Positions 35,399-45,169 of a stretch of 64,000 nucleotides of DNA are shown piece after piece; the stretch's first letter is position 1; the number at the start of each line of letters is the position of its first letter. The translations under genes were made by a program, and so were the position numbers. Origin of the DNA: a virus (lineage: Duplodnaviria; Heunggongvirae; Uroviricota; Caudoviricetes); IMG/VR virus record IMGVR_UViG_3300029641_000003; one strand, written 5' to 3'. The notes under the pieces are model-generated. The model saw only the letters and a list, made by a program, of their open reading frames with translations. It ran no database searches and was not told the origin of the DNA.

Positions 35399-36397
35399 TC
35401 ACATCCTCTTAGACACAAAGATCAGCGGAGTCACCGTCTTGTTCTCTTTCACCGGTATTTCTTGTTGTTTATTGGCTGATATTGGCAGACCATAAGTGGC
35501 ATTAGCCCCCAGGGATTCAAGCATCGCTGCAACAATGCGTGCATCATCCTCTGACTGCATACGGCAGAGCGCCCGGCGCTGTTCTGTGCTGATAAAAACA
35601 GGCATTTCCTGGATAGCATCACGCAAAATACGGCGGCATTTCTTCGCGTTCTCCCCCTGGCTTTCCATCATCGCGGCCTGGTCGCGTAGTTTGTCGCGAA
35701 GCTGCATATTTTCCACTTCAAGATGTATCAGTTCCGACTCCAGAACTTCACGTTGTGCTGATTCGAGTATGGCTTGCTGACTCTTCATTGCTGAAAAGTG
35801 GTGAACCAGATCCGTAGCAGCATTATCGGTAAAACCTTGTTCGATAAGTGCCGCATGAATCGCCGCGTCGCGTTCTTCTGCTGATTCAAGCATCAGGCTT
35901 TTCTTGTCGAGGCTGATATAGTTAGGCACAGTTACGTAATCAAAACCGTGAAAAGACTTTACCAGGGATACAGAGTAATCTGGACCAGATGTAGCCCATG
36001 ACCAACCACCTGCGCCAGAATTAATCATACCCTGAACAATACGTCCGGTGTCCGTATCCAGTATTTCCTGTGTATGGGTAACAATGCCGTTGTCGTCAAT
36101 TGAAATGTCGATAGTCCTGTTTGACGGCACGTTCTCCAATACAACAGGCTTCCCATCTACCATCACAACAGAGACTTCCGGCAAGTCCAGGCTTTTCGTT
36201 TTGTTATAGTGCATCGCCCGGCGACCATGACCGTAATAACCATACATCTCACCCAGTGCGATACGCTCTTTTGTTTCTGGCGAGTTGAATGTGTCTCGTA
36301 CCGACTGGATAACGTAATTGCGATTGTTCTGAGGTGTGTGTTTGCGGATTTTCTCTACCAGGGAGAAGCGATCCGTAACGGTATTCAGTGATTGCAT
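35399..36397 (-). CDS. putative head processing protein (Pro position)
   Basis: 332 aa immediately downstream of the portal-size gene; coiled-coil C-terminal half. Confidence 0.4.
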   Translation of the reverse strand: MQSLNTVTDRFSLVEKIRKHTPQNNRNYVIQSVRDTFNSPETKERIALGEMYGYYGHGRRAMHYNKTKSLDLPEVSVVMVDGKPVVLENVPSNRTIDISIDDNGIVTHTQEILDTDTGRIVQGMINSGAGGWSWATSGPDYSVSLVKSFHGFDYVTVPNYISLDKKSLMLESAEERDAAIHAALIEQGFTDNAATDLVHHFSAMKSQQAILESAQREVLESELIHLEVENMQLRDKLRDQAAMMESQGENAKKCRRILRDAIQEMPVFISTEQRRALCRMQSEDDARIVAAMLESLGANATYGLPISANKQQEIPVKENKTVTPLIFVSKRM

Positions 36398-36410
36398 TAT
36401 TTCCCTCCGG

Positions 36411-38096
36411 TTAATTATTGCTCATCACAAATTTTGCAAAGTTGATTAATTGTTCTTGCGTCCAGTTTTCCGGATCGTCACCGGACGACAACGGCGCGGA
36501 TTCGTACATACCATGCTCGTTGTTTTGCTCTGATTCATTCGCCTTAAACTCTTTGATCATTACGTTGAGAGTGTCATCGTCGATACGAAGCTGTTCGGTG
36601 AACAGATAACGCATAAACGCGTCGCTACCCGCCAGTTTCGGGTTGTTCTGGATCTGGTCCATTATTTGCGAGATGACAGCTACGAAGTTGGCGCGCGCAT
36701 CCAGCTCTCGGTTTTCCTCTTCCTGGATAGCTGTATTCATTGAGTTGAATTGCACGTCATAAGGACGGTTTTTTTCGGTGTAAACCTTCCCGTATTTATA
36801 AGCGAGGTGAATGTCATGAAGCCGATAAATAGTCCGCTGGGCGGCCTGTCTGATCCAGTTCGCGCGTAATGCGGCCTGGATAGCTGTTTGCTGCCAACCG
36901 CCTTCTCCAAGTCCACCACTCATCTGATCAGCCCAGCCAAGCATTGTTGCGTCAATACCGAGGCTTGCCGCGAGCTGTCGGAGATGAAACATAACGTCTT
37001 CGATACCACTGATATCTGCGGGTATAGATTGCGTATCAATGGTGATCCCGTTCTTCCCATCCCCCATGACGGGTATCAGATGGTTAAGTACAGATGGGAG
37101 AGCATTAGAATTAATCGACCGTTGCGCTACGAGGTCGCTATGACGCTTCAGTGCCTGGCTGACCCCGCGCGTATAATTCGCCGCGTTTACCGGATCTATC
37201 GTGTTCGTTGTGAGTGCAATCAGGCGATCAATTTTTGCAGCGTTGTTTCGCGTTGCTTTCAGCGCAGCAAGCGCGGCACATAAATTCAGGTAGGGTTCAT
37301 AACTGTATTCAAGAAACGACGTACCGTAGTTCTGCGTCTCCATTAACGGCTTGTCCTGCTGTTCACTAAGCAAGGAATAGCCTTTAGTGCCGTAAGTTAC
37401 TGGCATTACTTTATGCTGAGGCGTCCAGTACGGGTTTTTCATGGAAACCAGATTCCACGGTTCGGTTATAACTCTGCGCAAAGTATGCGTATCCAGAATG
37501 TAATCACCGCTGAATCCGACAAGTTGGCTACCGCGATAAAACTCCTGAACGAAATGAGGGAGCGTGTAATAGCTCGACTCAATTCCAGTTATCCCCTTCC
37601 CTTGCTCTGCATATGGACGGATATACGACACACCGAAAATAGCCATGATCATGGCCCACGATGGAAGGCCATCATTAATCATTGAGCTTAAATCAGCGGT
37701 CAATTCCTCACATCGACTTACAGCCTCCTTATCCGCCCCATTTTTCGGCGCGAGAATAAATGCGAGGCCTGTTTTTTTTGATGGAGCCAGAGAATGCGCA
37801 ATGTGAATGTTTAATGCTGTGGAGATAGTCGGACTTTTCGCCATCGTCTCCAGTATGTTGTATTTTTGCAGGCGGTCACTCGGTAATTCTGCCGATATAG
37901 ATACTGTATCCGCCGCGCTTGTCATGCCATCGCTATTGCTCCCCAGGATGCCAGGACGCAAGGCGGACAGGCCAGAACGAGCAACGACGCTATGCCCGCT
38001 CGCAAATACGACCGGATCGGCAGGCGTAACATCACCACCGCTGAAGGCTTTCTTCAATGCCGACAGAAAGCCCTTGTTTTTGTCTTTCGTTGCCAT
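36411..38096 (-). CDS. putative portal protein (Prt position)
   Basis: 561 aa; size and position relative to the Pro-like gene match P1 prt-pro. Confidence 0.5.
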   Translation of the reverse strand: MATKDKNKGFLSALKKAFSGGDVTPADPVVFASGHSVVARSGLSALRPGILGSNSDGMTSAADTVSISAELPSDRLQKYNILETMAKSPTISTALNIHIAHSLAPSKKTGLAFILAPKNGADKEAVSRCEELTADLSSMINDGLPSWAMIMAIFGVSYIRPYAEQGKGITGIESSYYTLPHFVQEFYRGSQLVGFSGDYILDTHTLRRVITEPWNLVSMKNPYWTPQHKVMPVTYGTKGYSLLSEQQDKPLMETQNYGTSFLEYSYEPYLNLCAALAALKATRNNAAKIDRLIALTTNTIDPVNAANYTRGVSQALKRHSDLVAQRSINSNALPSVLNHLIPVMGDGKNGITIDTQSIPADISGIEDVMFHLRQLAASLGIDATMLGWADQMSGGLGEGGWQQTAIQAALRANWIRQAAQRTIYRLHDIHLAYKYGKVYTEKNRPYDVQFNSMNTAIQEEENRELDARANFVAVISQIMDQIQNNPKLAGSDAFMRYLFTEQLRIDDDTLNVMIKEFKANESEQNNEHGMYESAPLSSGDDPENWTQEQLINFAKFVMSNN

Positions 38097-38328
38097 GATT
38101 CACCGCAAAAGGTTTCCGATTTCGTGGCAGCTTATCCAGTGTGTGATTTCATCAGTAATTTTTCGTTGTTTTCACTATTTGCTGATGTTTTTTCATATGC
38201 GGAAATGCTTTTCCAAAAACGCAACCACTAAACAAAGAAGTTATGTTTATAAACATTTTTGTTGTGTTTTATATCTTTTGTGTTATTATCCTTGTCGCCC
38301 ATGATGGATAAATTGCATAAGGAAACTT

Positions 38329-38511
38329 GTGAAGTATTCAGAGTTCAAACGCTGGTTAATCCAGCAAGGGGCAGAGTTCAGGAAAGCGCCAGGTGGCGGC
38401 AGTCATCAGAAAGTGAACCTGAACGGAAAGCGGTCGGTTTTCCCGGACCACGGTTCAAAGGAAATGCCTGAACCGCTACGCAAGAAAATAATGAAGGACC
38501 TGGGGCTTTAA
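38329..38511 (+). CDS. hicA: HicA toxin (mRNA interferase)
   Basis: 60 aa, GTG start with AAGGAA RBS; GGGSHQKV ... KIMKDLGL typical of HicA. Confidence 0.85.
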   Translation: MKYSEFKRWLIQQGAEFRKAPGGGSHQKVNLNGKRSVFPDHGSKEMPEPLRKKIMKDLGL

Positions 38512-38541
38512 GCCCCAGCCTTTTTCACTAGGAGCTTCTCT

Positions 38542-38973
38542 ATGTTTAACTATCCGGTAAAACTGGAGCGCGACGACAAAACCGGCGCGTATGTCGTATC
38601 ATGCCGCGACCTACCATTGTTTAATTCCGTGGGTGACTCAGTTGAAGAAGCGTTGCTTGAGGCTGGTTATGGATTGGTCGCAGCGGTTGCGATTGAGATT
38701 GAAGAACGCCGACCTGTTCCCACTGGTAGCGAGCCAAAAGAAGGTGAGTACGTTGTCTCTTTGCCAGTGCTACCAGCAATGAAGGCTGCACTCCACAACG
38801 CGATGATAGAAACCGGCACACGCAAAGCAGAGTTGGCGCGCAAACTCGGCAAAAATGGAACACAGATTGATCGGCTTCTCGACGTCGAACATTCATCGAA
38901 AGTTGAAACTGTCGAGCTGGCACTGCATCAACTGAATAAAAATATCGCCGTATCTGTCACACCAATGCGGTGA
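38542..38973 (+). CDS. hicB: HicB antitoxin
   Basis: 143 aa directly downstream of hicA; C-terminal HTH region. Confidence 0.8.
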   Translation: MFNYPVKLERDDKTGAYVVSCRDLPLFNSVGDSVEEALLEAGYGLVAAVAIEIEERRPVPTGSEPKEGEYVVSLPVLPAMKAALHNAMIETGTRKAELARKLGKNGTQIDRLLDVEHSSKVETVELALHQLNKNIAVSVTPMR

Positions 38974-39085
38974 CTGCTCCCCGCCCTGGCTGGGCGAGGA
39001 TTTACGGGGTATTTGTTAAAAACGCTCTATTCAAAGAAGAAATACCGAATCCCCCGGAGGTTATCCGGGGTGTCCGGTCGCCAGG

Positions 39086-40471
39086 TCAGGTTTCCAGCCC
39101 AAAATCGCTTTGTTCTGTTTTGGCTTCGAACATCGTGAAGTTAAGCCCTTTCCCCTCTCCATGTTCCAGTTCAATCTCATTAGAAACAGCGGTCAAAATA
39201 CTACGTAGATCAACATCTCCACCGCCGAACATATCGCCCAACGCCTGCTGTTTATGAATCAGTTCGTCGTTGATTTTTTGTGCCATTTTTTTGAATGCAG
39301 CCCCCATGCGCTTCGCGCTTCGATTATTTGCCACGATGAATAGCGCCAACGCCTCAGCTTCCGGCGTGCTATCACCGAAGAGTCCGCGCTGGGCTATCAC
39401 CTCTTCCACTGCCTGACCGTTGTCTTTGGCTTCACGAACAAGGTTAATCGCGTCCTGGAGTGCTGCTATAGCCTGTTTATCCAGACCGTTCACCTGCTCT
39501 ATACCATCAACCAGACCAGTTACAGCATCATGATGTGCATCGCCAGAAATCGACTGCATTTGCGCAAAGTCACTGGCTGCTGTATTAAGCGCGGTCAGGA
39601 TATTGCGCATTTCCGGATCCGGTTCTTCCGCCACAAGCCGAACAAGTCGCTCATCCTTATAGGCTTTGGCAAAAATCGCATTCTGAATGCGATCGATAAG
39701 CTGTTTCGTTGGACGTCCATCGGCTGTAAGCAAACCTGCCGTCGCGGTATCGCCTATTTCGTGCAAAAACGCACGAATAAACGCATCATTGGACCGCGCC
39801 AGTAGATTTCCATCATCTGAAGGATTAAATAGCGCCATGACGCTCTCAGTGAGAAATTGCGCATCCGCATACGCTTTCTCACTTGCAGCCATCTCTTGCA
39901 GATCGCTGATGTTTGAGTCGCGTGCAAATTGAGCACGATCAACGTCAGTGAGGCGCTCGCGAACCAGTACAGGCATCACCATTGCCCTGACGTCTTCGGG
40001 ATTAAGGCCAAACTCTTTAGCGTGATCGATAAGATATTGTCGGTAATCTTCAGCCTGCCCTTGTTCATAAGCACGCCAGATTCCCATGCTTCGACCATTA
40101 CCAGACTCAACGACATTATCCGGACCAACAATCGGGGAACCATGACTACTCATACCCGAATCAGTGAGTTGTGCCGGGCGTAAATTGGCGGCGATACGGT
40201 TAACCTGGAGCTTGCTTGACAGTCGGGTGCGATCGCGAGGCTGGAGTTCCTCCGGAAATGACGGATTTATACTTCCGTCCAGGTTGTTAGAAATGATGAG
40301 CTTTTTGGCATCAATAACCTTGAACGCTGTTTTAACTTCGTCGCCTTTGCTGGTGACGACATAGCTGCTACGCCCCAACTTCGTCTCTTGCTTTTCAAGA
40401 GATGACACCACAGCGATAACCCCCTCAATGTTCGCTGCGGCCAAAAGTGCTGATGTTACGTTTTGAGTCAC
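39086..40471 (-). CDS. hypothetical protein in DarA/Ddr head-protein operon
   Basis: 461-aa ORF downstream of darA-like gene, same strand. Confidence 0.5.
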   Translation of the reverse strand: MTQNVTSALLAAANIEGVIAVVSSLEKQETKLGRSSYVVTSKGDEVKTAFKVIDAKKLIISNNLDGSINPSFPEELQPRDRTRLSSKLQVNRIAANLRPAQLTDSGMSSHGSPIVGPDNVVESGNGRSMGIWRAYEQGQAEDYRQYLIDHAKEFGLNPEDVRAMVMPVLVRERLTDVDRAQFARDSNISDLQEMAASEKAYADAQFLTESVMALFNPSDDGNLLARSNDAFIRAFLHEIGDTATAGLLTADGRPTKQLIDRIQNAIFAKAYKDERLVRLVAEEPDPEMRNILTALNTAASDFAQMQSISGDAHHDAVTGLVDGIEQVNGLDKQAIAALQDAINLVREAKDNGQAVEEVIAQRGLFGDSTPEAEALALFIVANNRSAKRMGAAFKKMAQKINDELIHKQQALGDMFGGGDVDLRSILTAVSNEIELEHGEGKGLNFTMFEAKTEQSDFGLET

Positions 40472-40562
40472 AATTAACCACCTTTCTGTAAAAAAGGCAG
40501 TGTAAAAAGTGTGTTATTTCGGTGACTATTTTAAGAAGAAAGGGGCATTCTGCCCCTTTCTT

Positions 40563-40934
40563 TCACGCTGCATACCCGTTAGCTGAAACCCAGTTTACGG
40601 TCTGTTCTTTGGCCTGGTCGAGTGTCAAAAATTCACCAATATATTGAGATATGCCTCTCAAAGCATCGATGAACTCCATTTGTGATGATTTAGTAAATGC
40701 ACCACTAAGGAAGTCAGCAACAATTTTAGGCGTTTCTTGTGCCGCCGGTTGCACTTCCTCTTCTTGCTGTTGTGCTGGATTATTCGATGAACCAAGCCCC
40801 AGCTTCATCATCACTTCAACTATCCGCACGCCAATAGTGACACGTTGTACCGCAGTCGCGCTTTTTTGCGCTGACATCAGCTCAGACAGTTCTTTGCCTA
40901 AGCTAAGGCGCTCCGTTACTGATATTTTCACCAC
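40563..40934 (-). CDS. hypothetical protein (DdrA position)
   Basis: 123-aa ORF whose start overlaps the darA-like stop. Confidence 0.45.
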   Translation of the reverse strand: MVKISVTERLSLGKELSELMSAQKSATAVQRVTIGVRIVEVMMKLGLGSSNNPAQQQEEEVQPAAQETPKIVADFLSGAFTKSSQMEFIDALRGISQYIGEFLTLDQAKEQTVNWVSANGYAA

Positions 40935-42880
40935 ACGCCCCCTTGTTGTATCTCTGCCAGAATGTTGATCAGGTGATCGGCTGCCGCACCAACAAGTGAC
41001 TCGTTCTCATCATATCGACCTGCGTTGATAAGAACATTAGCTGCCTCCTGAATGCGATCAAACTCCGCTCTAATCACCGTCAAATCACGGGACGTAAACT
41101 GCAACGGCACGGATTTCAGATATTCCAGCGCATTGTCCGCCTCCTGATCAGCCTCACTAACTACTGGCCCATCTGAACCTGTATCAGACTCTTTGGGGGA
41201 TTCAGGTTCAGACTCAGGTTCTGGTTCTGGTACTGCTTCCGGTGCCTGATCTAATGTCTGTTCAGCTTCGACTACTTCTGATTGATTCTGAAGCGCGTCA
41301 TAGATATCCATTATAAAAAGGTTCTCCCCATCTCCAAGTGGATAAGCGACGTTAGGAAATGCTTTGCGGAAGAGGATTTTTATCTGCGCCTTAAAGGTTT
41401 TCAAGTCGCTTCCAAACAGATCAACATAGCCATCAATATGGTTCGACATACTGGACGCAACCAATTCGCCTGCAATCTCTTTCAATTCATCGTCACCAGG
41501 GAGATATAGCAACTCGTACTGACTGACTTCTTCGTCTGTCAGTTTGCGGTCATACGTAATGATTCCGTGACGAGCATATTCGTAATACGGATCAGCCTGA
41601 TCAGGACGGTCAAGTACAGCTTTATTTCCTTCAGGAACCGCACCAACACCCGCCGGGCGAGATTGGAGCGCATAGCGATATTTACCAACCTCCAGGGGAT
41701 CAGGACGTGATGCTGGTTGTGGCTCCTGTTCAGGCTGCGGCTGATCAGTTGGCTCAGGCTGGCCCGGCAACACATCCACTTTGTATTGATCAGCATTATG
41801 TTCACGATAGGCTTTAAGTAATTTGGTTGCAGCGTCCGCTGAACTCCCACCTTTAACAGCACTGACATCAATACTGAAATTGCCTTCTGGTGCCTCAATC
41901 GTGACAAAGCTATCACTGCCTGACGTGACATACTTAACTACAGCACCATTATCCAGCGTTGTTTGGCCTTCTGTAGCAAGATTATGTTTTATGTGTCGCA
42001 GTTGATCATTGAAGGCACGCTCTTTAGTTCCTTGGCTCTTAGCTGACAATAAATTATCGCGTTTAGCCTGCAATTCCGCGTTAAGGGCTTTTTGTGCGTC
42101 TAATTTATTCTGCATATCATTGAGTGTTGAACGTTTCTCTGCCAGCCCCCGCTGTGCGTCTTCAACCTGCTCAATCAGCACAGAACGTTCTTCTGCCAGC
42201 TTGTCGGCTTCATTGAGATACCCCTCAATATCAGCCTTCATTTTGTCCTGGCGCTCCTTTGATTTTTTGAATTTTGCACTGTTACGCTCAATGAGGTTAG
42301 AAAGCGCCTGACACACCTGGCTCAGAGATACATCACGCCCACCGATTGGCGCAACAACATGCGTAACGTTTCTTTTGTTAAGAAGAAACTGAAACGCAAC
42401 CAGCTCGTCATCCCCTTTAATTCTTGTGCCGTCTGCGGTTGGAGAATGGAAAATTATGCTTGTCGTTTGTCCATCGGTTAGAGGTATTTGTGCTGTCACA
42501 ACAGGGATATTAGCAACCCGGCGCACGCGCCCAATGATTGCCCCACCGATACTATTACGTCCGTCCTCATATTCACCTGCCTCATCCGTACCCGCAGCAA
42601 TGTCAGTGCCATTCAGGCCGCGATTAAGCGCCCGGACAAATGCTCGCATTGTTTGCGCTAACCGCAATTTTGTTGTGGTTATAGCTTCGAACATTGCCTC
42701 ATTGGTAGTTACCAAAATTTCGTTGCCCATATAGGCCAGCTCGATATCTTCCAGCGTCGCAGGCTCGATAAGTAAATCATCCTCGGTGATATCTTCCGCC
42801 ACCCAACGATTAGGCGTATATCCAGTGAGCGTATCTGCAAAAGTGGACTGGATATTTATTCGAATAGGTTTCTTTATCAT
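40928..42880 (-). CDS. darA: DarA-like internal head protein
   Basis: 650 aa, coiled-coil middle, Pro/Glu-rich linkers; lydA/lydB-like genes upstream as in P1 darA operon. Confidence 0.6.
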   Translation of the reverse strand: MIKKPIRINIQSTFADTLTGYTPNRWVAEDITEDDLLIEPATLEDIELAYMGNEILVTTNEAMFEAITTTKLRLAQTMRAFVRALNRGLNGTDIAAGTDEAGEYEDGRNSIGGAIIGRVRRVANIPVVTAQIPLTDGQTTSIIFHSPTADGTRIKGDDELVAFQFLLNKRNVTHVVAPIGGRDVSLSQVCQALSNLIERNSAKFKKSKERQDKMKADIEGYLNEADKLAEERSVLIEQVEDAQRGLAEKRSTLNDMQNKLDAQKALNAELQAKRDNLLSAKSQGTKERAFNDQLRHIKHNLATEGQTTLDNGAVVKYVTSGSDSFVTIEAPEGNFSIDVSAVKGGSSADAATKLLKAYREHNADQYKVDVLPGQPEPTDQPQPEQEPQPASRPDPLEVGKYRYALQSRPAGVGAVPEGNKAVLDRPDQADPYYEYARHGIITYDRKLTDEEVSQYELLYLPGDDELKEIAGELVASSMSNHIDGYVDLFGSDLKTFKAQIKILFRKAFPNVAYPLGDGENLFIMDIYDALQNQSEVVEAEQTLDQAPEAVPEPEPESEPESPKESDTGSDGPVVSEADQEADNALEYLKSVPLQFTSRDLTVIRAEFDRIQEAANVLINAGRYDENESLVGAAADHLINILAEIQQGGVW

Positions 42881-43518
42881 GCATCTTCCTCCAGGCGCGC
42901 TATTTCTTCTTTCAATACGCGAGTTTTCGCCAGTTCCTGCGCCATCTCGGTTCTAATGATTTCAGTTTCTCTTGTTGCGCGGTCTGAATTACCTTGCACC
43001 TGATTTAATTTTTCTTTGGCCCTTTCAATATCCTCGCGGATCGCATCGCGAGATTCCTTTGCCTCTGCTAGTTTCTGCGCATTGGACTTAACGCCTTTTA
43101 TTTTCTTATTCCCATCATCAATATCTTTCGCCGCACGAGCTAACTTACGCGCCAATGATTTCTGAAATGATGATGCGCCTTTATTAAATAAAGCAGCCAG
43201 TGATTGCCCTAAAGCCGTCAGCGTTTTAACAGGCTTGAAAGGAACAATTTTTCCGTTCAGTTTTACACCAGAAATATCACCAGTATCATTAACCTGAACG
43301 TCCATCGTCTGCTCATCGATTCCGATAAGGGTAAACGTGCGCGTCATGATCCCGTCTTTCTTCCTGCCATTACTGGCGGGGATCACCCTCGCTATCTTGT
43401 AGCCTCCTTTACCGATTTCTTTGACGAGTTTTGCCAGCCCCTTTTCGTTTAACTCATCATAATTAAGAAGAACATAATTAGACTTATTTGACATTCCAGT
43501 CTCCTTCACACTTTTCAA
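42877..43518 (-). CDS. hypothetical protein (Hdf position)
   Basis: 213-aa ORF overlapping darA start. Confidence 0.4.
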   Translation of the reverse strand: MKSVKETGMSNKSNYVLLNYDELNEKGLAKLVKEIGKGGYKIARVIPASNGRKKDGIMTRTFTLIGIDEQTMDVQVNDTGDISGVKLNGKIVPFKPVKTLTALGQSLAALFNKGASSFQKSLARKLARAAKDIDDGNKKIKGVKSNAQKLAEAKESRDAIREDIERAKEKLNQVQGNSDRATRETEIIRTEMAQELAKTRVLKEEIARLEEDA

Positions 43519-43930
43519 TCATAAACTGGCGTTCTATGCAGTCATTGATAGGGAAAATGCGATAAAGCGGATTCAGGCGGCAATTACCGTTAGTTAATGT
43601 GACCTTTAGATCCCACTTCGCTGGCTCAAGATATTTCGTGTCGATGAGCAAATATTCTTCTCTCTCACCGCGTTTTGATGCGTCAACTGGTCTTGTTTTC
43701 CCCGAAATAACCACAGATGGATTTTTCAAATCCTGCAACCAATATTCGATTTGTGCATTGCTTACCCAGCTTCGCTTAACGCGAAGCGACACAGGAAACG
43801 CTATAGCAGACTCTTTCACTACAGCTTCGCCAATGCTCAAAATATCAACACTCTTGCGACGAAATAAGAAACGGTCAATAACGGCAACAAATGCCATGAT
43901 AAAAATGAAATAATTTCCAAAGTCACCCAT
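43484..43930 (-). CDS. LydB-like protein (putative antiholin)
   Basis: 148 aa with N-terminal hydrophobic segment; follows holin-like gene. Confidence 0.4.
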   Translation of the reverse strand: MGDFGNYFIFIMAFVAVIDRFLFRRKSVDILSIGEAVVKESAIAFPVSLRVKRSWVSNAQIEYWLQDLKNPSVVISGKTRPVDASKRGEREEYLLIDTKYLEPAKWDLKVTLTNGNCRLNPLYRIFPINDCIERQFMIEKCEGDWNVK

Positions 43931-44256
43931 TACTTCTCTCCACCTTTTCCCCCACTCGCTATTACGCTTAAGAGATTCAAGACGTTACTAGCTCTGGACT
44001 TCAAGCCCTGTAAAATTTCACTTCCGTTGTTACTGGCAATCAGAACAACGCAGTAAATGATGCCTTCCGGCCATTCATAGCTATCAGCCACCCAAAACCC
44101 CGCAAGCCCGGCAGTTACCGCAGTAAACAATTCACTCGCGAGGTTGAGCAGTGACGCAGATATGCGCCCGTCTCTAACTCCGAGAAGGAATACGCCGGTT
44201 CCACTTAGCAGGGATGTTATGACTGCTACAGCCAGATTTTCATAATCTGCAAACAT
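43930..44256 (-). CDS. holin-like membrane protein (LydA position)
   Basis: 108 aa with three predicted transmembrane helices. Confidence 0.5.
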   Translation of the reverse strand: MFADYENLAVAVITSLLSGTGVFLLGVRDGRISASLLNLASELFTAVTAGLAGFWVADSYEWPEGIIYCVVLIASNNGSEILQGLKSRASNVLNLLSVIASGGKGGEK

Positions 44257-44268
44257 ACCCCTCCAGAA

Positions 44269-44556
44269 ATGACGTTTAACGCCGCTTCAACTTATCCAGT
44301 TTGTTATTTCCCGACTAAATGCCGTTCACACAAAATGGATGTATATGATGGCCCGGTGCTTCGTAAGCCTCGTCACTCAGAGCGTGGAGAATGCCAAATT
44401 CGCGTATCAACAAATGGTCCAAACACGGCTTTAAAGAGAAATACGCTTGAATGCGCAAGATGTGAGCTGATTCTTGAAGACAAAATGATGACATGTGAGT
44501 CTTCACAAGCGTCATTCAGTGAATATAATGCCACCCTCTCAGATACCACTAACTGA
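44269..44556 (+). CDS. possible small Cys-containing protein
   Basis: ORF (likely ATG-start MDVYDG...) ending 12 nt before a strong plus-strand terminator. Confidence 0.25.
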   Translation: MTFNAASTYPVCYFPTKCRSHKMDVYDGPVLRKPRHSERGECQIRVSTNGPNTALKRNTLECARCELILEDKMMTCESSQASFSEYNATLSDTTN

Positions 44557-44567
44557 GTATTCATTTT

Positions 44568-44601
44568 GCCCGCCGTCATTGACTGGACGGCGGCTTTTTT
44601 G
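44568..44601 (+). terminator. rho-independent terminator
   Basis: GCCCGCCGTC-ATTGACTG-GACGGCGGC followed by TTTTTT. Confidence 0.7.
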
Positions 44602-44646
44602 TACCAAAGGATTGTATTACTAAAAAAGGTCACAAAAGCACTCACT

Positions 44647-44670
44647 AATAAATCCCTCAACAAAAGAGGG
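44647..44670 (-). terminator. rho-independent terminator after tail-fibre genes
   Basis: Minus-strand transcript reads CCCTC-TTTTGTT-GAGGG-ATTTATT, 46 nt after the U-like stop. Confidence 0.5.
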
Positions 44671-44715
44671 CTTGAAATATCAAAAAAGCAGTGCTGATTG
44701 GATTGTTATGATTGT

Positions 44716-45138
44716 TTATGCAGGCATCTCAGGCCATGAGATATCTGCATCAACAGAAGTGTCAACTCTATTAAGAAGAACTCTATACCTCTTTAACTTT
44801 GTCAACATTTCTATTTCCTCATCAGTGGCAATATCCATATCAACAGCATCCTGAAGCGTTGATATTTTTATGCTCACATCATTGATAAGACTACTTTTGG
44901 TGTTTTCAGCAATGCTGACTCTATCCTCTAAGCTCATAGGTTGTGGGTCAGATAACATTGGATAACCATCGCCATTTGCAATTATTATTTTCCCATTGCC
45001 ATACCCTGATAACAATTCATCATATAAGTCATCAGGTATATGTACAGTATCGGACGGCCATGAACCGTTTTTATCGTAATCTTCTTTTAGTCTGTCGTCG
45101 TAGAAACCACCAGTCTCTTTGCTGTAATACTTTGCCAT
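44716..45138 (-). CDS. tail fibre assembly protein (U-like)
   Basis: 140 aa; MAKYYSKETGGFYDD N-terminus typical of Tfa; immediately downstream of tail fibre gene. Confidence 0.75.
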   Translation of the reverse strand: MAKYYSKETGGFYDDRLKEDYDKNGSWPSDTVHIPDDLYDELLSGYGNGKIIIANGDGYPMLSDPQPMSLEDRVSIAENTKSSLINDVSIKISTLQDAVDMDIATDEEIEMLTKLKRYRVLLNRVDTSVDADISWPEMPA

Positions 45139-45169
45139 TTAAGCACCTTCATTCTAATTAACTATATTT

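Noticed and set aside
44257-44715. Invertible C-segment with cin invertase and alternative fibre C-terminus, as in P1
   Set aside because: No invertase-size ORF and no inverted duplicate of the S/U 3' ends; only terminators and one small ORF.
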